From positions 13,978 to 77,977 of the forward strand of contig JAZNCH010000053.1 in the NCBI GenBank assembly GCA_045587445.1: a stretch of 64,000 nucleotides of DNA, given 5' to 3'. This document shows positions 29,278 to 36,912 of the stretch, piece by piece. The DNA comes from Eubacteriales bacterium. Lineage in GTDB: Bacteria; Bacillota; Clostridia; Oscillospirales; CAG-272. The translations under genes were made by a program, and so were the position numbers. Numbering within the stretch: position 1 is the first letter of the stretch; every line of letters starts with the position of its first letter. Below the pieces are notes generated by a model. That model did no database searches. It saw only the letters and a list, made by a program, of their open reading frames with translations, and was not told the DNA's origin.

Positions 29278-30090
29278 TTACATACCCTTAGACAGTTCTT
29301 CGGCTCTTTCAGAGCATTTTATCATAGCTTCTTTCACAATATCCGAGAAGTTGTTTGCTTCAAATACGTTCAAAGCCTGTTCGGTAGTACCCTTAGGGGA
29401 TTTAACCATTGAAATAAGCTCGTCGGGCGTTTTGCCTGTTTTAAGTAAAAGCTCGGTTGAACCGATTATTGTTTTGCAGATGATTTCAAGCATGTCTTTG
29501 TTATCGAAGCCCATTTCGGTAGCAGTATCGTATATACTCTTGATGAAGAGAAATACGTATGCGGGGGAGCTTGAAGTTACTGCAATTATGTCGTTCATTT
29601 TTTCTTCGGGAAGAGTAAAAGCAGTGCCTGAAGCGGCAAATACAGCGCAAATATTTTTAAATACTTTATCATTTACCGCATCATTTTTGGAAAGAGCGGT
29701 AACACCCTTTCCGACAAGAAGGGGAGTGTTTGGCATAGTGCGTATAACCGCCGCATTAAAACCAAGCTTATCACATACAAAATCCGTTGTAATACCTGCG
29801 GCAATTGAAATAAAGGTTTTACCTGCAAGCGATAATTTTGAATCTTTAATTTCGGTAAGCAAATCTGTGAAGTTCTGGGGTTTTACGGAAAGAAAGATGT
29901 AATCTGCAAGTTCTACAGCTTCAGGTGCGCTGTTTGCGAGAATAAAGGGTTCGTTTTTATAGGGTTCGTATTTTGTTGCATCTTTATCAAAAAGGACGAT
30001 ATTATCGGCAGAATAGTTGTTCTGCATACTTCTAATAATTGCGCCTGCCATATTGCCGGTGCCTAAAAATGCAAATTTTCCTTTTAACAT
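29278..30090 (-). CDS. proC: Pyrroline-5-carboxylate reductase
   Basis: FLGTGNMAGAII Rossmann motif and the C-terminal SPKGTTEQAL signature. Confidence 0.9.
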   Translation of the reverse strand: MLKGKFAFLGTGNMAGAIIRSMQNNYSADNIVLFDKDATKYEPYKNEPFILANSAPEAVELADYIFLSVKPQNFTDLLTEIKDSKLSLAGKTFISIAAGITTDFVCDKLGFNAAVIRTMPNTPLLVGKGVTALSKNDAVNDKVFKNICAVFAASGTAFTLPEEKMNDIIAVTSSSPAYVFLFIKSIYDTATEMGFDNKDMLEIICKTIIGSTELLLKTGKTPDELISMVKSPKGTTEQALNVFEANNFSDIVKEAMIKCSERAEELSKGM

Positions 30091-30236
30091 ATTATCACTC
30101 CGTTAATCATATTTCTACTGATTATAACACAAACTCTTTTAAATATCAATGTCATAATAGTAAATTATTGTAAATAACTTGAAATATATCGGTAAATGAA
30201 TTATAATAGTAATATTAATTTTGCGGAGGGTATGTG

Positions 30237-30818
30237 ATGCAAAAAGACAGTGTTTTGAAGATGTTCAAAAGAATACCTACAATAGATACAGACAGACTTG
30301 TGTTGAGAAAGTTAAAAATATCAGATTATGCTGATATGTATGAATATTCTCGTCTTGACAGCGTAACGCAGTATTTACTGTGGAATTCACACCCGGAGGC
30401 AAGATATACGAGGGATTATTTGAGTTATATTCAAAGTCAGTACAAAGCGGGAGAATTTTACGACTGGGCTGTTATACACAGAGAAACGGGTAAGATGATA
30501 GGAACTTGCGGATTTGCAAAGCTTGATTTTGAAAATAATTCGGCAGAAATAGGATATGTTTTAAATCCTGAATTTTGGCATCGAGGGTATGCAACCGAAG
30601 CAGTAAAGAAAATTATTGATTTTGGTTTCCATACGCTTAATCTGCACAGAATAGAAGCACGTTATATAGTCGGAAATGAAGTAAGCCGACACGTTATGGA
30701 AAAATGCGGAATGACATTTGAGGGGGTACATAAGTCATCTTTATTTGTCAAGGACAGTTATGCGAGCGTTGGATATTGTGCAATAACAGCTGATGAATAT
30801 ATTTCAAACTACTTGTAA
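30237..30818 (+). CDS. GNAT-family N-acetyltransferase (RimJ/RimL-like)
   Basis: WHRGYATEA...LHRIEA acetyl-CoA binding pattern. Confidence 0.8.
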   Translation: MQKDSVLKMFKRIPTIDTDRLVLRKLKISDYADMYEYSRLDSVTQYLLWNSHPEARYTRDYLSYIQSQYKAGEFYDWAVIHRETGKMIGTCGFAKLDFENNSAEIGYVLNPEFWHRGYATEAVKKIIDFGFHTLNLHRIEARYIVGNEVSRHVMEKCGMTFEGVHKSSLFVKDSYASVGYCAITADEYISNYL

Positions 30819-30992
30819 AAAATATCATTTGAGTGAATATGTGTATTAATTAACCAATGAGAAAAATAGCAAGAATAACAGAACACCTTCTCGGATTGGA
30901 GAAGGTGTTCTGCGTTAAAAAACATTTATTGCTTTTTATATGTTTGATTTGCGACCTATATTGCTTTTGTGTGTAAAAAAGCAATAATTTGA

Positions 30993-31021
30993 TTGACTTT
31001 TTCTTTTTATACTGATATAAT
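30993..31021 (+). promoter_or_regulatory. Sigma-A consensus promoter of the GH20 gene
   Basis: TTGACT (30993-30998), 17-nt spacer, TATAAT (31016-31021). Confidence 0.65.
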
Positions 31022-31057
31022 TTTGTTAACTTTAAGGGGAAACAGAAAGGTAAAGAA

Positions 31058-32962
31058 ATGATGAATAAGCTTTATTTTTTGACAGACAAAACATCGTCCG
31101 AAATGAAGGCTATAAACGAAGTGCTTCCGAAGCTTAACACAGTTGATGATGCTTCCGGCACACCGGTTATGCTGAAAAGAAGACCTGAAGGGCTCAAAAT
31201 CAGCAAAGATGCAAAGGGATATACTATTGAATTTTCGACAAGAATATCACTTATGAGAGCAGTAGGTCTACTTGTTGAAAACTTGAATAAGAAGACTCTT
31301 GAGATTGAAGAGATGCCCAAATTTAACTATGTTGGAACTATGCCCGACTGTTCAAGAAACGCAATGCTTACCGTAAAATCTTTAAAAGAGTGGATACGCA
31401 TAAACGCGTTAATGGGCTTGAACGCTATGATGCTTTATACGGAAGATACATATGAGATTGAAGCACAGCCTTATTTTGGCTATATGAGAGGCAGATATAC
31501 AAAGGAAGAGATAAAGGAGATTGACGACTACGCAAACCTCTTGGGAATTGAGCTCGTTCCTTGTATACAGACATTGGCACATCTTAGAACGTTATTCCTC
31601 AATGGAACAATGGTGGAACTCCGTGACGTTGACGGTATTCTTTTAACAGGCGACGAAAAGGTATACAAGCTTATTGACGATATGCTTGATACTTGTTCTA
31701 ATAACTTCCGTTCAAGAAAGATAAACTTAGGTATGGACGAAGCATTCTTGCTCGGTTGCGGTGTATATATGCAGAGGAACGGATATACTCCTCGTTCGGA
31801 GATAATGAAAAAGCACCTTGAAGTCGTTATGCAGAAGTGCAAAGACAGAGGGCTTGAACCTATGATATGGAGCGATATGTTCTTTAGAATGGTACCTTCT
31901 CCTAACTCTGTCGGCGGATACTACAGAAAGGATTTAGAAAGCATACCTGAAGATATAGTTGGACTTGTGCCCGAAGGCTTGAAGCTTCTTTATTGGGATT
32001 ATTATTCAATAGACAGAAACAGATATAACCATATGCTCGACTTGCATGCATGCTTCAAGAAGAACGAGATAGGCTTTGCAGGCGGTGCTGTGTGCTGGTA
32101 CGGTGTTGTACCGCTTAACGCTTTCTCCGTTGAATCTGCAAGGGCAGCGACCGAGTGTTGTATAAACAAGGGTTGCAAGGATGCATGGATAACGATGTGG
32201 GGCGACGACGGCTCAGCTTGTCCTCATTTTGCAACGTTGCCTACACTACAGATATATGCTGAGGCTTGTTGGAGCGGAAACACAACCGACGAATATGCTG
32301 AAAGAAGAATGAAGACTTGCACAGGTGCATCTTATAAAGATTTTCTTGAAATGGAACAGGTTAACAATGTTCCTACAAGAGATAACTATGCGAAAGACAT
32401 AGCGAACCCCTACAAGTATATGCTTTATCAGGATATTCTCAATGGTAAATACGACTGTCATATTCCGGAGGGTATAGAAAAGCATTTTGCAGAGCAGGCA
32501 AAATATATGAAGAAACTCGGAAAGAGAAACAAGGGATACGAAGAATTTTTCAAAACACTTTCATCGCTTTGCTCAGCGCTTGAAATAAAGGCTTCTCTCG
32601 GTGTAAATCTTAAAAAAGCTTATGATGCAAAGGATATGGATGCGCTTAAAGAATATGCAGAGAAGAAGATTCCCGAGCTTGTTAAGAGATACGAGAAATA
32701 TTATGCAGACAACAAAGCACAGTGGGATAAATATAACAGACCATGCGGTTTTGAAGTACAGGATATTCGTTTTGGCGGACTTATTCAGCGAGCTAAGACT
32801 GTAAGACTTGTATTGCTTGACTATATTTCCGGTAAGACAGAATCAATTCCCGAGCTTGAAGTTAAGAGACTTCCGTATTCACCTGAGAAGGACGGAGTCG
32901 CATTGGATCACCTGCATTTCTGGTGTGACATTGTTACGTCAAATATACTTAGCAAATTTTAA
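31058..32962 (+). CDS. Glycoside hydrolase family 20 beta-N-acetylhexosaminidase-like protein (cytoplasmic, no signal peptide)
   Basis: MPDCSRNAM...LNAMMLYTEDTY...GIELVPCIQTLAHL...GMDEA TIM-barrel pattern of GH20. Confidence 0.75.
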   Translation: MMNKLYFLTDKTSSEMKAINEVLPKLNTVDDASGTPVMLKRRPEGLKISKDAKGYTIEFSTRISLMRAVGLLVENLNKKTLEIEEMPKFNYVGTMPDCSRNAMLTVKSLKEWIRINALMGLNAMMLYTEDTYEIEAQPYFGYMRGRYTKEEIKEIDDYANLLGIELVPCIQTLAHLRTLFLNGTMVELRDVDGILLTGDEKVYKLIDDMLDTCSNNFRSRKINLGMDEAFLLGCGVYMQRNGYTPRSEIMKKHLEVVMQKCKDRGLEPMIWSDMFFRMVPSPNSVGGYYRKDLESIPEDIVGLVPEGLKLLYWDYYSIDRNRYNHMLDLHACFKKNEIGFAGGAVCWYGVVPLNAFSVESARAATECCINKGCKDAWITMWGDDGSACPHFATLPTLQIYAEACWSGNTTDEYAERRMKTCTGASYKDFLEMEQVNNVPTRDNYAKDIANPYKYMLYQDILNGKYDCHIPEGIEKHFAEQAKYMKKLGKRNKGYEEFFKTLSSLCSALEIKASLGVNLKKAYDAKDMDALKEYAEKKIPELVKRYEKYYADNKAQWDKYNRPCGFEVQDIRFGGLIQRAKTVRLVLLDYISGKTESIPELEVKRLPYSPEKDGVALDHLHFWCDIVTSNILSKF

Positions 32963-33000
32963 ATTATTCATTTTTTATAAAAAGTAGGAGATTATTTGTT

Positions 33001-33405
33001 ATGGAAAAGACAAAACTTGGATTGCCTGTAGCGCTTATGGCTGTGCTTATGGTTCTTGGCGGCTGGTTAGGCGGATATGTAGTAGCAATTGTAATGGCAG
33101 GTTACATACTTCTTGCGGAAGAAGATAAATTTTTGAAGAGTGTGGCTGTTAAGACAATTGTATTGATGTTGGCATTTTCGATTGCTTCAATTGCAATAAA
33201 CTTTATTCCCAATGTTATCGCTGTAATTGAAAGTTTTATTTCAATATTTACGATTTACTTTAACATCGACATAATACATAGAATTTTTAATTTCTTTGAT
33301 TCTGTTCTTTATGTTTTGAAGGTTGTAGTATTTGTATTATTTGCTCTGGCATCATATAATAAGAAGGCGGTAAAGCTTCCGTTCGTTGATAATTTGTTTG
33401 AGTAA
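33001..33405 (+). CDS. Small polytopic membrane protein
   Basis: 134 aa, 4 hydrophobic helices, GGAG SD. Confidence 0.6.
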   Translation: MEKTKLGLPVALMAVLMVLGGWLGGYVVAIVMAGYILLAEEDKFLKSVAVKTIVLMLAFSIASIAINFIPNVIAVIESFISIFTIYFNIDIIHRIFNFFDSVLYVLKVVVFVLFALASYNKKAVKLPFVDNLFE

Positions 33406-33428
33406 AATTTTTCGTAGATAAGAGAAAA

Positions 33429-33468
33429 GAGTGCATATGGGCAATTTGCCTATGTGCACTCGTTTTTT
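33429..33468. terminator. Bidirectional terminator closing the fibre locus and the convergent gene
   Basis: gagtgcata...tatgtgcactc hairpin followed by tttttt on the plus strand. Confidence 0.55.
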
Positions 33469-33707
33469 GGGTTTAATTTGTTTTTTCTAATCACGACGTT
33501 CACTGTCCTGACAATTTGTTCGTTTGAAAGCTTGTTTTCTTTTTGCATTGAGGAACGTAGCTTTTTTTGACAAGCGATGCATAATTGGCCGCAGCCGACT
33601 TCATAGTTACTGCGCAATTCGATAGGTGTTGATATGGGGACGTCTGTCATTTCTCCGCACATAACACAACGTTCAAATATATTTAACTTATCTGTCATTT
33701 TATTCAT
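33450..33707 (-). CDS. Small zinc-ribbon protein (last gene of the fibre locus)
   Basis: 85 aa with CVMCG...CGQLCIAC. Start overlaps the upstream stop by 8 nt. Confidence 0.55.
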   Translation of the reverse strand: MNKMTDKLNIFERCVMCGEMTDVPISTPIELRSNYEVGCGQLCIACQKKLRSSMQKENKLSNEQIVRTVNVVIRKNKLNPKNECT

Positions 33708-34656
33708 TTGCCTCGTTTATGGGAGAGCCTGAAGTTTCAGGACTGTCAGGGAGAGTGGTTTCTTCTTGAATTTCGGCTGGAGATTCAGATAGTGCAGTTT
33801 CCGGTGCGGTAGTCAATAGAGCGGTTGTTTCGGGAACAGTCGTAATCTGAACCGTTGTTTCCGGTGTTTTAATTGATGTCTCCGTAGAAGTGGTTTCCGA
33901 TGTGATTGGTTCTGTAGTAGAATCAGGAATTTTCGTTGATTCGGGAACAGTGATTTCTGCCGGTTTCTTGGTTTCCTCTTTAGGGGAAGTTGAGGGGATA
34001 TTGTTTTGAGGCTCGTTCTCAGAAGACGTCTTTTCCGTTGTAGAAGGTAAAGTTTGAGGTGGTTTTGAAAGCATTAACGGTGGTGTTACAGACAATGTAA
34101 TATCATTGTTGTCCTTAGTTATATACAAAGGGTTATTATTGTTTTTATATCCGTAGTAGGAAGAGGTTCCCCAATGAGAAAGGAAAGTAATTCTTGTATC
34201 ATTATCGGATGTAATGGTGAACGTTAACGTTTCAGTATTACCGTTGCCGTCTCTGCCGAGCTGTTGAGTATGGTATCTGCTTTCGCATCTGTCTGCGGTG
34301 ATGATAATGAATCCGGTTTTTGCAGTGCTGCGTTCAGAATGCTTGAGGGTAACGAAATAGGTGGTGTTAGCATCTATAACAGCATAGGGTGCACTGCGGT
34401 TGTCTGTATTTACCGTAATATGTTCGCCATTATCATTTGTAATTTGAACTGATACGTTGGCTTCAAAATTAGCAGATTTTATAGTATTTTTGGAGGAGGT
34501 AATATCGTGAGAGAAATAGGCAAAAGCGGTAGTGCCCATTGCAATTAAGCAAAATACAATAACTGTGATAGTTGTAGCAAGACGTAATAGAATAGCTTTT
34601 TCGCTTATTTTACTGTGTGCAGAAATATGAAAATGATTATTTAACTGCTTTATCAT
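33700..34656 (-). CDS. TasA-like subunit with SipW-type signal peptide and a Thr/Pro/Glu/Ser-rich C-terminal tail
   Basis: TM then TAFAYFSHDITSSKNTIKSANFEANVSV. A globular part of about 150 aa, then about 130 aa of low-complexity TPES-rich sequence. AGGAGG SD. Confidence 0.7.
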   Translation of the reverse strand: MIKQLNNHFHISAHSKISEKAILLRLATTITVIVFCLIAMGTTAFAYFSHDITSSKNTIKSANFEANVSVQITNDNGEHITVNTDNRSAPYAVIDANTTYFVTLKHSERSTAKTGFIIITADRCESRYHTQQLGRDGNGNTETLTFTITSDNDTRITFLSHWGTSSYYGYKNNNNPLYITKDNNDITLSVTPPLMLSKPPQTLPSTTEKTSSENEPQNNIPSTSPKEETKKPAEITVPESTKIPDSTTEPITSETTSTETSIKTPETTVQITTVPETTALLTTAPETALSESPAEIQEETTLPDSPETSGSPINEANE

Positions 34657-34696
34657 ACAATATACCTCCTTTCATAGACTCAGATGACAAAAAGCA

Positions 34697-35356
34697 TTAA
34701 GGGTTATTTTTTATCTGTTCAGCCGAAACAATTATACCGAGCTCGACTGAGGGCGGTGTGTTTCCTCTGTAATTAGCGACGTTTCCAACCTCTTCCGGCA
34801 TACGTACGATAAGGGAAAAATAAGCCGATTCACCTGCGTTCAAAATATTATTTTCAGATTTAAAGTAGTTATTAAGTTTTTGGTTTGCAATTTTCTTTGC
34901 GGCATCGCGGTCGGGATAATTATTTTGCATGTCATCTTTATTTTTGTATGTAACGAGCCCGAATTTCAAATAATCCTGTAGGTTGAATCGTTGCCCGAAC
35001 ACGTTAGAAGCGAGGGTAAAGCCGTTAACGTTTACGGCGGTATTGTATTTAAATTCAACCGTGCCGTTATTATCTATTCTGAGATTAACTATCTGAATAT
35101 ATCCGGGCTCGTACAAAGCATTTTTGTCAAAGATGTCCGTTTGACCGTCAATTTCTTTCCAAGAGCCGTCGGGTGTCTGATAAAAGACGTCGAGGTCGAA
35201 TTCGGCAAAATGGAAGATGTTGTTTATTTCTGGAGAAGTGTCGGTAAACCAAGCCAGAGAAGCACCGGTACCAAGTATAGCCCAAACAATGATAGCAACA
35301 AGACTGAGAATCAAGGCTATTTTTTTATATGGAGCTTTTTTAATATTAGATTTCAC
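34697..35356 (-). CDS. TasA/camelysin-like subunit with SipW-type signal peptide
   Basis: GASLAWFTDTSPE..., YEPGYIQIVNLRIDNNGTVEFKY, RMPEEVGNVANYRG...VSAEQ. Homologous by eye to the N-domain of the two large subunits. GTG start with an AAGGAGG SD. Confidence 0.75.
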   Translation of the reverse strand: MKSNIKKAPYKKIALILSLVAIIVWAILGTGASLAWFTDTSPEINNIFHFAEFDLDVFYQTPDGSWKEIDGQTDIFDKNALYEPGYIQIVNLRIDNNGTVEFKYNTAVNVNGFTLASNVFGQRFNLQDYLKFGLVTYKNKDDMQNNYPDRDAAKKIANQKLNNYFKSENNILNAGESAYFSLIVRMPEEVGNVANYRGNTPPSVELGIIVSAEQIKNNP

Positions 35357-35384
35357 GCCTTAATCCTCCTTTGTTCAGCGATTT

Positions 35385-36050
35385 TTAGCGTTGTTTCTTT
35401 GTGGGTTTATCTTTTTTACGCCATACCAAAAGAATAATTATCATAAATAGGGAAGCGAATAGGAGTCCGACCCAAACGAAGTTTGTGAGGTCATAACCGG
35501 TTTGAGGCGGCTTAGGGTCAGTGTTTTCTATGGGGAACTCTTCGATTTTGAATTCCCAGTCAAGATAACCGATTTTGTTTTGGAACGTATTGTCAAGCGT
35601 AGTAGGAACTTTTAAAGTAACGTCAAGGTTGACTTTTCCGCCCGAGTAGAGCGTACCGAGGCATACCCAATCTGAGAGCTGAGCAGTTTGGTCTGCGGCG
35701 GCATCAAACATATAGGGCATTGTGTTAGTGGTGCTTTTTTGAATTTTAAGTTGAAGTTGTGAAAGAAATTCAACTGAATCCTCGTGAGCACCGAGAGAGC
35801 GTATATAGATTTTAACTTTAACTTTGTTGGAGGCTTTGTTGTTTACGGTGATTGTCTGTGTCAATGAATCACCTGGCATAACCCCCTTGAAATTTGGAAA
35901 AAGGTCTGTAAGTGAGTGGTTACTGCCGGGTTCAAATACAAAGTTGCCTGCATCTCCGCTATAGGTTACCTTGCCGTCTGCGGCATGAGAGGGGAGTGCA
36001 GACGAAAGTAGGACTACCAAAAGAATAAATAACGTAAGTAATCTTTTCAT
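35385..36050 (-). CDS. Cell-wall-sorted (PPQTG) TasA-fold-like protein with a classical Sec signal peptide
   Basis: Signal peptide ...LPSHA/ADG, MPGDSLTQTITVNN and YLDWEFKIEE strands. C-terminal PPQTG, then a hydrophobic helix, then RKKDKPTKKQR. Confidence 0.75.
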   Translation of the reverse strand: MKRLLTLFILLVVLLSSALPSHAADGKVTYSGDAGNFVFEPGSNHSLTDLFPNFKGVMPGDSLTQTITVNNKASNKVKVKIYIRSLGAHEDSVEFLSQLQLKIQKSTTNTMPYMFDAAADQTAQLSDWVCLGTLYSGGKVNLDVTLKVPTTLDNTFQNKIGYLDWEFKIEEFPIENTDPKPPQTGYDLTNFVWVGLLFASLFMIIILLVWRKKDKPTKKQR

Positions 36051-36065
36051 TTCAGCAATACCTCC

Positions 36066-36632
36066 TTATTCTTTAGGCCAACCGGAAGCGGTGTAGGTGT
36101 TGCCGTGTTTTAAGGGATTGTTTTCACTTTGAACCGCTTGGGCTTTAACCGTTAGATTAAGAGTTTTGCCGATATATGAGTTGTCAACCTTTGAGCCGAC
36201 GATTTCGACGTGAGAGAATACGTTAGGTGTAGTTTGACCGGGCTGTAAGATTCCCTTATAGTAATACCAACCGTCGTATAGCTCCCAATTATCAAGATTG
36301 ATATTGAGCTTAAAGCAGTCTTCTGCGGAAAGCTCATGTGAATCTATACCGTAAACCATTTTTACACGCAGATAGAAAGGGTGTTCGCAAATATTTTCAA
36401 TGCTGACCTTTTTGGATACGATGTCGCCGGGAACGATGTAAACGCCTTCTTTTGGGAATTCTGTACCTTGGTCGGTCATTTCGTGAATCATAAGTTTAAT
36501 ATTACCGGAGGTTACCACGTTGGTAGCTTTACCTACGGTTGAGTAGTATGCAAGTGTAGACATGCTTATAAAAGACATCAGCGATGCTACAATTGCGACA
36601 ACAAATATTCTTAATTTTATTTTGCCCAACAT
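36066..36632 (-). CDS. Small TasA/camelysin-like subunit with SipW-type signal peptide
   Basis: Start moved to ATG 36632 (AAGGAGG SD). STLAYYSTVGKATNVVTSGNIKLMIHE, VPGDIVSKKVSIEN, LNLTVKAQAVQSEN. Confidence 0.75.
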   Translation of the reverse strand: MLGKIKLRIFVVAIVASLMSFISMSTLAYYSTVGKATNVVTSGNIKLMIHEMTDQGTEFPKEGVYIVPGDIVSKKVSIENICEHPFYLRVKMVYGIDSHELSAEDCFKLNINLDNWELYDGWYYYKGILQPGQTTPNVFSHVEIVGSKVDNSYIGKTLNLTVKAQAVQSENNPLKHGNTYTASGWPKE

Positions 36633-36663
36633 AATGTCCTCCTTATACAATATTTGCCTTTCA

Positions 36664-36870
36664 GCAATCAAAAGACAAAAACTGCGGAGCAGTTTTGAAG
36701 TAATAAGGAATAGTGAATAGGTAATAAGTTTGGTGTGCCTTCGGCACGATTAATTATGTCGGCTTTGCCGACACACCTTACTTCTTCACTTTTACTTCTT
36801 ATTTATTACTTTAAAATGCGGAGCATTTTTGCCCTTTGATTGCCGCCTAACTTCCTCAAGGGAAGTTAGG
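36664..36870. repeat. Locus-specific double-hairpin element, copy 3, with a nested palindromic insertion of about 150 nt
   Basis: Arms gcaatcaaaag (36664-36674) and cctttgattgc (36833-36843). Second hairpin cctaacttcc/ggaagttagg (36846-36870). The interior holds nested hairpins, including a cUUCGg tetraloop. Confidence 0.7.
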
Positions 36871-36912
36871 TCGGGCTTTATGTAAACGAGACTATATTTC
36901 GTTTATTATTTA

